From: Ignavibacteriales bacterium | GTDB lineage: Bacteria > Bacteroidota > Ignavibacteria > UBA10030 | Assembly: GCA_026390595.1 (NCBI GenBank) | Contig: JAPLFQ010000019.1 | Coordinates: forward strand, 41,860-105,859 | Length of the DNA: 64,000 bases | Direction: 5' to 3' | Part shown: piece by piece, positions 40,576-52,700 of the stretch | How the letters are laid out: each line of letters opens with the position of its first letter | Numbering within the stretch: position 1 is the stretch's first letter | Program-made: the position numbers and the translations under genes | The notes under the pieces: model-generated | What the model saw: only the letters and a program-made list of their open reading frames with translations | Told to the model about the DNA's origin: nothing | Database searches by the model: none

Positions 40576-41955
40576 ATGAAACCCATTTATCGAAAGGTAC
40601 AAGCCGTGTCAAGACTCGGAATAATGAGATTGATGGTCGTGTTCTGTCTCGCACTGGTTGCTTCAGTCCAGTCACGGGCGCAGACGGTCAAATCCCCGCT
40701 CCCTTCACTGCGCGAGCAGGACGCGGTCCAGCAGGAATGGCTCAAACTCCGCCTCGAGCGCGTCCTTCCGTCTCTCATGAGAGCGCACAAGGTCCAGATG
40801 TGGATTGTCCCCATGCGTGAATACAATGAGGATCCGGTGTTCTCCTCTCTGGTCTCCGCTACTACATTCTCTGCGCGGCGTCGGACAATCTATGTGTTTT
40901 CTGACCGCGGACCTGAAAAGGGGCTGGAACGATTGGCTCTTGGAGGTTCGTCTCAGGGTGGGCTCTACTCTGCCTATCGGGATACCACTCTGAAGAACGC
41001 AGAACTGATCGGCGACGTACAATGGAAACTGCTCTCGAAACTTGTTGCAGAGAGAGATCCCGGAACCATATCGGTCAACATCTCCTCAGTCCATGCATTT
41101 TCTGACGGTTTGAGTGCCGGGGAGTGGGAGCAGTTGCAGAAGGCTCTCGGGCCAAAGTACCTCCCCAGGGTCATTCGGGCAGACCGGCTGCCCCTCGACT
41201 ACATCGCAACTCGGCTCCCTGAAATGCTCCAGGTCTATGAGGAGATGATGCGGACAGTGCATGCCATCATCGGAGAAGCTTTCTCAAGTTCAGTCATCAC
41301 TCCCGGAAAGACCACCACGCAGGACGTGGTCTGGTGGATGAGGCAGAAGATCCAGCAATTGGGAATGACAACCTGGTTCCAGCCCTCAGTGGATATCCAA
41401 CGGTTCGGCGCTGACCTGTCCGGAACACCAAATCCGGTCATCGAGAGGGGAGATGTTCTCCATTGCGATTTCGGGATTACAGGAATGAGGCTCAACACAG
41501 ATACCCAGCATATGGCATACGTCCTGAATCAGGGCGAAGCTGACGTTCCGTCAGGTATACAGCACACTTTGTCTGTGAGCAACAGGCTTCAGGACATCGT
41601 CGTGAGCTCAATGAAGGTAGGTCTGACGGGTAATCAAATCCTGGCTCAATCACTTGCTGAGATGAGGAAGGCAGGAATCGACGGGTCAGTGTATTCACAT
41701 CCCATCGGGGAGCACGGTCATGGGGCTGGGACTTTGATCGGACTTTGGGATCGGCAGAATGGGGTCCCGGATCGTGGCGATGTCCCGGTCATTCCGAATA
41801 CCTGGTACTCAATAGAACTTCAGGCTGGAACAAAAGTCCCCGAGTGGAACAACCAGGTGGTACGGTCAGCTCAGGAAGAGGACGTGATTGTTGATGGCGA
41901 TGGAACAGTTCGGTGGGTCATTGGCCGGCAGACGCAGTTCCACCTTATCAGGTAG
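40576..41955 (+). CDS. M24-like metallopeptidase (creatinase/prolidase fold), secreted
   Basis: The ORF is 40477..41955. The likely start is 40576 (MKPIYRKVQAVSRLGIMRLMVVFCLALVASVQS, a signal peptide). DFGITGMRLNTD and HPIGEHGHGAG resemble the metal-binding motifs of M24 pita-bread enzymes. Confidence 0.6.
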   Translation: MKPIYRKVQAVSRLGIMRLMVVFCLALVASVQSRAQTVKSPLPSLREQDAVQQEWLKLRLERVLPSLMRAHKVQMWIVPMREYNEDPVFSSLVSATTFSARRRTIYVFSDRGPEKGLERLALGGSSQGGLYSAYRDTTLKNAELIGDVQWKLLSKLVAERDPGTISVNISSVHAFSDGLSAGEWEQLQKALGPKYLPRVIRADRLPLDYIATRLPEMLQVYEEMMRTVHAIIGEAFSSSVITPGKTTTQDVVWWMRQKIQQLGMTTWFQPSVDIQRFGADLSGTPNPVIERGDVLHCDFGITGMRLNTDTQHMAYVLNQGEADVPSGIQHTLSVSNRLQDIVVSSMKVGLTGNQILAQSLAEMRKAGIDGSVYSHPIGEHGHGAGTLIGLWDRQNGVPDRGDVPVIPNTWYSIELQAGTKVPEWNNQVVRSAQEEDVIVDGDGTVRWVIGRQTQFHLIR

Positions 41956-42186
41956 GCAGCCCCGCTCTCGCAGCTGATACAATGCCCAAAAATTCGCTAA
42001 TTTTGGGGTTTTCTATTTGCTGGAATGCTCAAGCCTTGACTTTGTCATGGCAACCAAGTACATTGTAGGGGTAAACAGTGGAGCTACCGTCCATTGAAGT
42101 TTCGTGGTAATGGAGATTGCTCACTCAGAATTGGAACTTGTTGATTTCAAAGCGGTTGGTATTGTGGTTATAGGGGGGAGGCTTCT

Positions 42187-42993
42187 ATGCGACGAAACCG
42201 ATTTGCTGACGCAGGAAAAGAGAAAGTTACGCATCAAGGGGGATATTTGAGTTTAGAAAACATCAATAAAATCAAGGGTTTTCTGCTGTCCGGCGGATTG
42301 CTTATCGCCTTGCTCTCATTGACTGGATGTTTCCAGCCCGAGTCATCGTTGGCTCACAAGACCGATGACATCAAAGCCACCTTCGCGGGGGAGCATCCCG
42401 GTGGTCGGCTGGCATCAGTAGACCAGCGGACGGAGTATTCGCTCCAGCGATATGGATCGATGGTCCGCAATTACTCCAACAGATATGAGCTGGACTGGCG
42501 GCTGGTAATGGCGGTGATGAGGCATGAGTCCAGGTTTATGGCCAACGCTGTGAGCAATAGGGGGGCCTTCGGATTGATGCAGATAATGCCAGCCACTCAG
42601 CTGGAATTGGCCGGGAAACTGGGGGTCAATGAAACCGAGACTCCTTCGAACAATATAAAAGCCGGGGCATTTCACCTTCAACAGCTGTATCGAGCCATCG
42701 ATGCATCTGATGAGGATAACCACATAAGACTGACCCTGGCAAGCTACAATGCCGGTCTGAACCGGATTCACGACGCACAGGATGTCGCCGCTTACCTGGG
42801 TGACGATCCCAACAAATGGGAATCGGTGAAGACCGCACTTCCTCTCCTATCGAGACGATATCAGAGTCTCCATCGCAGCATCTGGCAATCAGGCAAGCCG
42901 AGTGCCGGGTATTTCACCGATTGGCACCAGACTATCGGATACGTCGAATCGGTGATGTCGCACTACAGCCATTATCAGGTGGCACTCAGGTAG
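42187..42993 (+). CDS. Lytic transglycosylase (SLT domain) lipoprotein
   Basis: Lipobox LSLTGC. YELDWRLVMAVMRHESRFMANAVSNRGAFGLMQIMPAT is the SLT/GH23 catalytic motif with Glu. Confidence 0.85.
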   Translation: MRRNRFADAGKEKVTHQGGYLSLENINKIKGFLLSGGLLIALLSLTGCFQPESSLAHKTDDIKATFAGEHPGGRLASVDQRTEYSLQRYGSMVRNYSNRYELDWRLVMAVMRHESRFMANAVSNRGAFGLMQIMPATQLELAGKLGVNETETPSNNIKAGAFHLQQLYRAIDASDEDNHIRLTLASYNAGLNRIHDAQDVAAYLGDDPNKWESVKTALPLLSRRYQSLHRSIWQSGKPSAGYFTDWHQTIGYVESVMSHYSHYQVALR

Positions 42994-43176
42994 ATTAGTA
43001 CCATGCTGCCTTTCCATCATTCGTCAGGAGTCGATTCTCATGGCGAATGGCAACCCCCCCTTTCAGACTACTGAGCGACGTCGTTTCTGTCGATACTACC
43101 TACAAGCGGGAAGGTGTTTGACAGAGGAAACAGCGGCGTTTGATAATCCCCATTGAAATGAATATATTCCTTCAGA

Positions 43177-44199
43177 ATGATCAACTTTGAAAAAGGAAAT
43201 ATCCGGGTTCCCGAACTCTTCGGGAATTTCTGGCTGAACTCAGAGCCGGTGAGTTTGAGGGACCTCAGGGGCAATGTCGCCCTTATCGACTTCTGGGACT
43301 ACTCGAATGCCAACAGCCTGAGGACCCTTTACTACGTCAAGGGATGGTTCGATCGCTACAAGGAATTCGATCTGGCGGTCATAGGAGTTCACACGCCGCA
43401 GTTCGCTTTTGGAAAGAATCCTGAAAACGTCGAGGATGCCCTGAAGCGACTGGGAATCGAATACCCGGTGGTGATGGATAATGATGCGATCATATGGACG
43501 GCGTATTCGAACAGGATCTGGCCGACAAGGTACCTCATCGACAGGGATGGATTCGTTCGCTATTCACATCCCGGAGAAGGGGGTTACGATAGCTTTGAAC
43601 GGGCACTCCAGGCTCTTCTGATCGAAGCGGGCTATCGTGGAGTTTTCCCCGATCATATTCCGCCGGCCCGTGATACTGATTTTGCCGGAGCACTCTGTTT
43701 CCGTGCGACTGGAGAAATCCAGCTCGGATATCTGAGAGGGACGCTCGGTAATCCTGAGGGGCACGGACCAGAATCGACGATTCTGTACGATGACCAGGGT
43801 TTCCATCTCGCCGGACGGGTTTACCTCAAGGGAAAATGGTTCAATGAACGGGAGGGGGTCCGGTTCAACGGCGAAGCGGGTGAAGAGGGGGGCGTATCGT
43901 TCACCTACGAAGCGTGCGAAGTGAGTGTCGTGATGAGCCACGACGGCGTAGGTTTCGGAAAAGTGTTTGCAACGCAGGACAAGAAACCGCTCACAAAAGA
44001 AAATGCGGGAGCGGATGTCCGGTTTGACGAGAACGGTCTCAGTTTCATCCTGGTGGACCGGCCGCGGGATTTCAACATTGTTTCTCATCAGGAGTTCGGT
44101 GAGCACGAAATTGCTCTGACAACGCAAACGCCCGGGCTGGCATTATTCATCATCAGTTTCCTGACGGGTGTGATTCCTGAACTCGTGTCCAGAAACTGA
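43177..44199 (+). CDS. Thioredoxin-fold protein lacking the CxxC motif (DipZ C-terminal-like), hypothetical
   Basis: VALIDFWDYSNANSL occupies the position of the FWASWCxPC motif of TlpA/ResA-type thioredoxins and has no Cys. A ~190-aa C-terminal beta-rich domain follows. Confidence 0.6.
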   Translation: MINFEKGNIRVPELFGNFWLNSEPVSLRDLRGNVALIDFWDYSNANSLRTLYYVKGWFDRYKEFDLAVIGVHTPQFAFGKNPENVEDALKRLGIEYPVVMDNDAIIWTAYSNRIWPTRYLIDRDGFVRYSHPGEGGYDSFERALQALLIEAGYRGVFPDHIPPARDTDFAGALCFRATGEIQLGYLRGTLGNPEGHGPESTILYDDQGFHLAGRVYLKGKWFNEREGVRFNGEAGEEGGVSFTYEACEVSVVMSHDGVGFGKVFATQDKKPLTKENAGADVRFDENGLSFILVDRPRDFNIVSHQEFGEHEIALTTQTPGLALFIISFLTGVIPELVSRN

Positions 44200-44373
44200 T
44201 GTTCCGGGGCGGTCGCGTTGACGTTCCTCTTATCGGTTCTTTGAAGTGCGCAATCATGCAGTAGCCGGTGAATTGTCCGGATGGCTCATCTGAAGCAAGG
44301 ATGAGTACGATGCGGCAAATGACTAACATAATCCCACGCTCTGCGGACGAATGCCGAGCCGGAAAAAACAGCG

Positions 44374-44411
44374 AACCCAATCTGAAGAGATTCTGAAGAT
44401 TGGGTTTTTTT
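44374..44411. terminator. Strong intrinsic terminator (9-bp stem, T7 run), apparently bidirectional
   Basis: aacccaatc-tgaagagattctgaag-gattgggtt-ttttttt; the reverse complement is also followed by a T-run. It lies 175 nt downstream of the stop at 44199. Confidence 0.55.
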
Positions 44412-44456
44412 GTTTCCGGGCCCGGTGCATCGACCTGCATCAATCTGGAGGAAATC

Positions 44457-45065
44457 ATGAAGACAACGATCGTTGCGAGTATGCTCCTCCTTGTCTGTTG
44501 CCTGCCTCTCACTGCTCTCGCTCAAAAGGAATCTTCAAACCTTGTCAAGAACGGGGACTTTGAGAAATTTACCGGAGAGAATCCGGAAGGGTGGGACACG
44601 TCCAACATCCCGGGCACGCTCACTGTCGTGTCTGCCTCAAAAACCTGCAAATCAGGGACGCATGCTGTCAAATGCGAAGTCAAAGACTTCTACGGCTCGA
44701 TAGTCGCAGGCTTCGTATGTCAGAAGAACCTCCCGACCGGTGGAAAGGACCTCCACCTCTCGGCAAGCTACATGGTGCACGCGGTTGGGAAGGACCAGGC
44801 GGTTATCGTCCTGTGTTTTCAGAACGCCGCAGGGAGTACGATCGGGACGGTGGAAGAGTACATCGAAGACACGAATTCAAAATGGTCCGAGTTCTCGAAG
44901 GAGTACAAATCGCCAGCCGGATCGGCGCTTGTTCATGTTCGGTTGACCATCCTCCCAAATAAAGAGAGCGAAAGGGCGCATCCGGGATCGTTTCTGATTT
45001 GTGACGACATGAAGATCGCGGCTCTGACACCCCCGGCACCGGCAGAAAAGCCCTTGATCCAATAG
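44457..45065 (+). CDS. Secreted hypothetical protein (beta-sandwich / carbohydrate-binding-like)
   Basis: The ORF is 44400..45065. The start is at 44457 (MKTTIVASMLLLVCCLPLTALAQ). The product is beta-strand-rich and has no catalytic motif. Confidence 0.55.
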   Translation: MKTTIVASMLLLVCCLPLTALAQKESSNLVKNGDFEKFTGENPEGWDTSNIPGTLTVVSASKTCKSGTHAVKCEVKDFYGSIVAGFVCQKNLPTGGKDLHLSASYMVHAVGKDQAVIVLCFQNAAGSTIGTVEEYIEDTNSKWSEFSKEYKSPAGSALVHVRLTILPNKESERAHPGSFLICDDMKIAALTPPAPAEKPLIQ

Positions 45066-45266
45066 CGCAATTTCTCGGGCGGTCGGCTGCGAGCCGCCAC
45101 GGGCTCGCCGACTGAAAAGAAATCCTTCACGGTACGAGGGCGCACGTTCGATCTCCTCACATCCGGAATGTCGTGAGGCGGGTACGCTCACGGTTCTCCC
45201 TTCCTTGTATTTCCATCGAATTTTGGATACTATCTCACACCAATCACAGCAATGCGGGCGAATTGA

Positions 45267-46295
45267 ATGAAATGTGTCCGAATTCACGAACATGGCGGTG
45301 TAGAGAAGCTTGTTTTCGAGGAAGTCCCCCGACCGGCGATAGGTCCAAATGACGTGCTCGTTCAGGTCAAGGCGACGTCTGTCAACCATCTCGACATCTG
45401 GGTAAGGCAGGGGCTGCCGGGTGTACGGTTCCCGTTGCCGATTATTCCCGGGGTTGACGCGTCCGGCGTCGTGGCAGAGTTGGGTGAGTCTGTCCGTCAC
45501 GTTTCTGTTGGCGAGAGGGTCGTCGTTGCGCAGGGGATTTCCTGCGGCCACTGCAAGCAGTGTCTGAATGGGGACGACAACCTTTGCAGGGAGTACAGAT
45601 TGATCGGCGAGCATAGGGATGGGGCGGATGCAGAGTACATCTCGGTCCCTGGAAGAAACGTTCTCAAGCTGCCGGAGTCTGTGAGTTGTGAGGCGGCGGC
45701 GGCATCCGCGTTGGTGTTCCTGACCGCCTGGCATATGCTTGTGAACAAAGCGAAAGTGCAGCCGGGGGACGATGTGCTGGTGATCGGAGCCAGCAGCGGT
45801 GTCGGAAGCGCCGGCCTGCAAATTGCCGGGATGCTGGGAGCCAGAGTCATCGCGACGACGAGCACGGAAGAAAAAGAAACGAAACTGAGGGAGCTCGGAG
45901 TCGACGAGGTCATCAACTACACGACGCATCGTGTCCTGGATCAAGTCCGCCGGCTAACTGACAAGAAAGGGGTCGAAGTCGTCTTTGATCATGTAGGCGT
46001 GAGTGTGTGGGAAGACAGCATCAAGGCGATGGCGAAGGGGGGACGCCTGGTCACGTGCGGTGCCACCTCGGGTTACGACGCGAAAACAGATTTGCGGTAC
46101 GTGTTCTACAAGCAGATTCAGATTCTTGGATCCACGATGGGCCGAAAAGGTGATCTCATCACAATTTTCAACCTCATCGAACGAGGCCTCCTGAAGCCGG
46201 TCATCGATCGCGTCCTGCCTCTCGAAGATGTGCGATCGGCACATCAGATCGTCGAGGCCGGGAAACACTTTGGGAAAGTTGTCTTGACTCCGTAA
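45267..46295 (+). CDS. Zinc-type alcohol dehydrogenase/quinone oxidoreductase (MDR superfamily)
   Basis: GHEFAGVV-like region (IIPGVDASGVV), the Rossmann motif VIGASSGVGSAGLQIA and the 342-aa length. Confidence 0.85.
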   Translation: MKCVRIHEHGGVEKLVFEEVPRPAIGPNDVLVQVKATSVNHLDIWVRQGLPGVRFPLPIIPGVDASGVVAELGESVRHVSVGERVVVAQGISCGHCKQCLNGDDNLCREYRLIGEHRDGADAEYISVPGRNVLKLPESVSCEAAAASALVFLTAWHMLVNKAKVQPGDDVLVIGASSGVGSAGLQIAGMLGARVIATTSTEEKETKLRELGVDEVINYTTHRVLDQVRRLTDKKGVEVVFDHVGVSVWEDSIKAMAKGGRLVTCGATSGYDAKTDLRYVFYKQIQILGSTMGRKGDLITIFNLIERGLLKPVIDRVLPLEDVRSAHQIVEAGKHFGKVVLTP

Positions 46296-46558
46296 GGAGA
46301 TCCCGACGATCCATGGACTCGCTTCACTCGCTCGGGATATCGGGACGCGCAGAATGGACGCTGCTTCCCTAGCAGGCTTCGTGGCACTGTCAAATCCACA
46401 TCATCGCCCCTGGATATAAGAAAGAAGAACTTGGCTTTGCTGCAATTCCAGTTATCAACGGGTCGTAGTGCGAGGTATTGATTTCTGGAAGAGTCCAACT
46501 TGACCATTGTGAGAACAGTAGCTATCTTCCAGCCAGACCGAAGTACGGAGTAAAGGGA

Positions 46559-46999
46559 TTGGACAAGAAGAAGAATCAGCACATCGAGCGTTTTCGTGAG
46601 AAGTGCAAGGCTCTGGGATTGAACGTCACGCCTCAGCGTTTGGCAATCTACAAGGCCGTTGCGGGTGACGAGACGCACCCCAGTCCCGATGCCGTCTTCC
46701 GCCGCGTCAGGTCAAGTCACCCTACCATTTCTCACGCAACGGTCTACAAGACACTCGACACGTTTGAGCGGCACGGCATCATCTCGAAGCTGACACCCCT
46801 TCACGAGAGCGTTCGATACGATCCGATGACATCCCAACATCATCATATCGTCTGTGTGCGATGCAAGAAGGTCGTGAACCTGGCTGACGACGATTTGGAG
46901 GCCATCCATATTCCCTCACAAGTCAACCACGGCAACAAAGTCCTTGGATATAGTGTGCATTTTAGTGTGCTTTGTGCGTCATGCAAAGAGCGTGAATGA
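46559..46999 (+). CDS. Fur family transcriptional regulator (PerR-like, adjacent to katG)
   Basis: The ORF is 46478..46999, but Fur proteins are ~145 aa. The probable start is the TTG at 46559 after GGAG. TPQRLAIYKAV (DNA-recognition helix), the HHHIVCVRCKKV and CASCKE zinc-site motifs are all present. Confidence 0.8.
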   Translation: MDKKKNQHIERFREKCKALGLNVTPQRLAIYKAVAGDETHPSPDAVFRRVRSSHPTISHATVYKTLDTFERHGIISKLTPLHESVRYDPMTSQHHHIVCVRCKKVVNLADDDLEAIHIPSQVNHGNKVLGYSVHFSVLCASCKERE

Positions 47000-47016
47000 T
47001 TTTTTTTGCGTTTCTC

Positions 47017-49271
<2,255 letters not shown>

Positions 49272-49323
49272 TCGTGGTACAACGCTCCAGGATTTGGCGA
49301 AGGAAACGAATGAGGCAATCCCG

Positions 49324-49360
49324 GACACACGGAATTGCCTCGTTCTTTTGGAGATACATA
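49324..49360 (+). terminator. Intrinsic terminator downstream of katG
   Basis: gaggcaatcc-cggacacac-ggaattgcctc followed by gttcttttgg. Confidence 0.55.
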
Positions 49361-49478
49361 TTGAACTGACCAGCGCTTCTAATTGTCAATCGACAATTAC
49401 TGTTTAGTCGTACCAAGCACCTTCACGAATCCGTGTGCTTCATGCCGCCAATCCGGACTCTGAAGGCAAGTTGCAGTT

Positions 49479-49606
49479 CGGGGCAAATGTCCTTAATTTA
49501 CGGTGTGGCAATTTGAACGACAGCTTGCGGCCACGCAGGGGGAAGGTGCTAAAGCGTCGGTGAGAATGTATGACCATTTGCCCGGCGTTCCGTGCCGGGT
49601 TTTTTG
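49479..49606 (+). promoter_or_regulatory. Structured 5' leader of metH with attenuator terminator (candidate riboswitch; class unresolved)
   Basis: A terminator at 49581..49606 (cccggc-gttccgt-gccggg-ttttttg) lies about 95 nt upstream of the metH ATG. A 9-bp long-range helix, gggcaaatg (49481-49489) with catttgccc (49575-49583), overlaps the terminator's 5' arm and encloses an ~85-nt segment that contains GGUGCUAAA. Confidence 0.4.
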
Positions 49607-49700
49607 TTCATCAGCAGTACTTTCGATGTTCAATCGTCAGATCATCCGATGGCCTGATCACCCGATACTCCAATAACCTGAATTCAAAAGCCAAATCGCA

Positions 49701-52700
49701 TTGATGCCTATTTCCTTCCTCGACATACTCAAAGAGAAGATCGTTGTTTTCGACGGTGCCACGGGGACTCATCTGCAAAGTCAGAACCTGACGGCAGATG
49801 ATTTCGGCGGCGAGCATTATAACGGCTGCAATGAATATCTCGTCGTCACCAGGCCCTCCGCTGTGGAAAACGTCCATCGGGATTATCTGGAGGCGGGATG
49901 TGATGTCATCGAAACGAACTCCTTCGGCGGAGCCAGCACGGTTCTCGCGGAGTACGGTCTCGGAGATTCGTCGTATGATCTCAATTTCAAAGCCGCTTCC
50001 CTTGCCCGCAATGTCGCTCATGGATACTCACGCAAAGGACATCCGCGCTTTGTCGCCGGCTCGATGGGACCAACGACGAAACTTCCCTCTCTCGGGCACA
50101 TCTCATTCAAAGAGATGGCGGATTCATATCAGGTCCAGGCCCGGGCACTCATCGATGGCGGTGTTGATCTCCTCAGCCTTGAAACATGTCAGGATGTGCT
50201 TCAAATCAAATCGGCTCTCTGCGGTATCCACGACGCATTCCAGGCGAGTGGAAAACGCGTGCCGATCGTTGTCTCGGTGACCATCGAGACGATGGGGACC
50301 ATGCTGCTCGGAACAGAGATTGCCGCGGCGCTCGCCGCCATTGAGCCGTTCGATGTGGATGTCATCGGCATGAACTGCGCGACAGGCCCAAAGGAAATGT
50401 CCGATCACGTCCGGGTTCTTTCGGCGAGTTCTCCGAAGCCCATATTTGTCATGCCGAATGCCGGTCTGCCTGAAAACATCGGCGGCAAGGCGCATTATCA
50501 TCTCTCGCCCCCCGAGCTCTCCAAATACCTCTCGCATTTTGTGAAGGATCTCGGTGTGCAGGTTGTCGGCGGATGCTGCGGGACCACCCAGGAACACATA
50601 CGACAGCTCGTGCAGGCCGTTGGAAACCTCTCGCCCGCGCCGCGGAAATTCGATTTCGTCCCCGGGGCCTCCAGTCTCTATCAGGCAATTCCGTTCCAGA
50701 CTCTTCCGCCGCCCATTCTCATCGGCGAGAGAACCAACGCGAACGGAAGCAAGCAGTTCCGCGAACTCCTCCTGAAAGAGGATTGGGAAGCGATGGTCGC
50801 AATGGGGCGCGACCAGGTTCGCGAGCAGGCGCATATGCTCGACGTGTGCGTTGCCTACGCCGGCCGGAACGAGGCAGCCGATATGCGCGAGCTTATTACG
50901 CGCTTCAACACGCAGATATCGATCCCGCTTGTGCTCGACTCGACGGAGCCGCCGGTCATTGAGGAAGCACTGCAGCGCATCGGCGGCAAGGCCATCGTCA
51001 ACTCGATCAACCTCGAAGACGGTGAGGAACGGCTCGCGAAGGTCGTCGGCCTCTGCAAACGGTACGGGGCCGCTGTCATAGCTCTGACGATCGACGAGAA
51101 CGGCATGACGAAGACGGCTCAGTCCAAACTTGCCGTCGCCCGCCGTATCTACGAACTGGCCGTGGGAAAATACGGCATGAAGCCGCACGACCTCATCTTC
51201 GACCTGCTCACGTTCACCCTGGGTTCCGGCGAGGAGGAGTTCAGGAGATCCGGGCTTGAAACGCTCGAAGGCATCCGGCTTGTGAAGCAGGAATTCCCGG
51301 GTGTTCATACGAGCCTCGGTGTCAGCAACGTGTCGTTCGGTCTCTCTCCGGCTCTGCGTCACGCACTCAACAGCGTGTTCCTGCATTTCGCTGTCGAGGC
51401 CGGATTGGATATGGCGATCGTCCACGCGTCGAAAATAATGCCTCTCTTCAAGATCGACGAACGCGGCCGGGAGCTCTGCCGACATCTGATCTTTGACGAG
51501 CGCAAGTACGAAGGGGAAGGAGCCGACCGTCGTTGTGTCTACGATCCGCTGACGGAACTGATGGCCTACTATGCCGGTCAGAAGACGGGTGAGAAGGCCA
51601 GGACCGAACCGCGTGGCGGAACCATCGAGGAGCGTCTGAAAAACCGCATCATCGATGGAAACAAAGTTGGCATACCCGTAGACCTCGAGGAAGCCCTCAA
51701 ACGAATCCCGGCCCTGGATATCATCAACGTGGTCTTGCTCGATGGGATGAAAGTCGTCGGTGAACTTTTCGGGTCAGGCCAGATGCAACTTCCGTTTGTG
51801 CTCCAATCTGCTGAAGTCATGAAGTCCGCCGTCTCCTTTCTTGAACCGTTCCTCGACAAGAAGGAAGGTTCGCAGAAGGGGACGCTGGTGATCGCGACGG
51901 TCAAAGGGGATGTCCATGACATTGGCAAGAACCTCGTCGACATTATCCTTACGAACAATGGATACCGGGTCATCAACCTCGGCATACGATGCCCTATCGA
52001 AACAATGCTCCAGGCAGTCCACGAACACAACGCGGATGCAATCGGGATGAGCGGTCTGCTGGTGAAATCGACCCTCATCATGAAGGAGAACCTGGAGGTC
52101 ATGAATGAGCGGAACCTCAAAATCCCGGTGATCCTCGGCGGCGCGGCGCTGACGAAACGTTATGTCGATGGAGACCTTCGTCCCCTGTACAAGGGAGATG
52201 TCTACTACGCCAATGATGCGTTCGACGGGCTGCGCTACATGGAGGACATTCTAAGCGGCAGAGCCGAGACACCGTCTCAGGAGAAGAAAATCGCTGCCGA
52301 CCCGGAATCGCTGACCGGCTCTGAAGCCAAGATCGCCCTCGCTCTGGAAGTCGAGTCCGCTGAATCTGCTCACGGCGTGGGAGGAAACACCGCCCCGGCT
52401 GCTCGTTCGAAAGTCAGATCCGATGTTTCCATCCCGCAGCCGCCGTTCTGGGGATCTCGGATAGTCAAAGACGTGTCGCTGGATGAAGTCTTCAAGTATG
52501 TCAACGAGACCGCGCTCATCAGGGGACAGTGGCGCTTCGTGCGCGGGACGATGGGCGACGAGGAGTACCAGCGGTTGATGAATGATCAGGTGCTGCCTGA
52601 GTACCAGAGCCTGCGGGAACAGGTGAAGCGCGAGCAGCTTCTCGTTCCCCAGGTCGTGTACGGCTATTTCCCATGCCAATCTGATGGCAACGAGCTCATT

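Noticed and set aside
49491-49573. Assignment of the metH leader to a specific riboswitch class (cobalamin, SAM-I or SAH)
   Set aside because: Only partial motif resemblance was found (GGUGCUAAA; GCCACGC versus the B12-box GCCACUG). The core conserved helices of these classes could not be reconstructed by eye, so the class is left unassigned.
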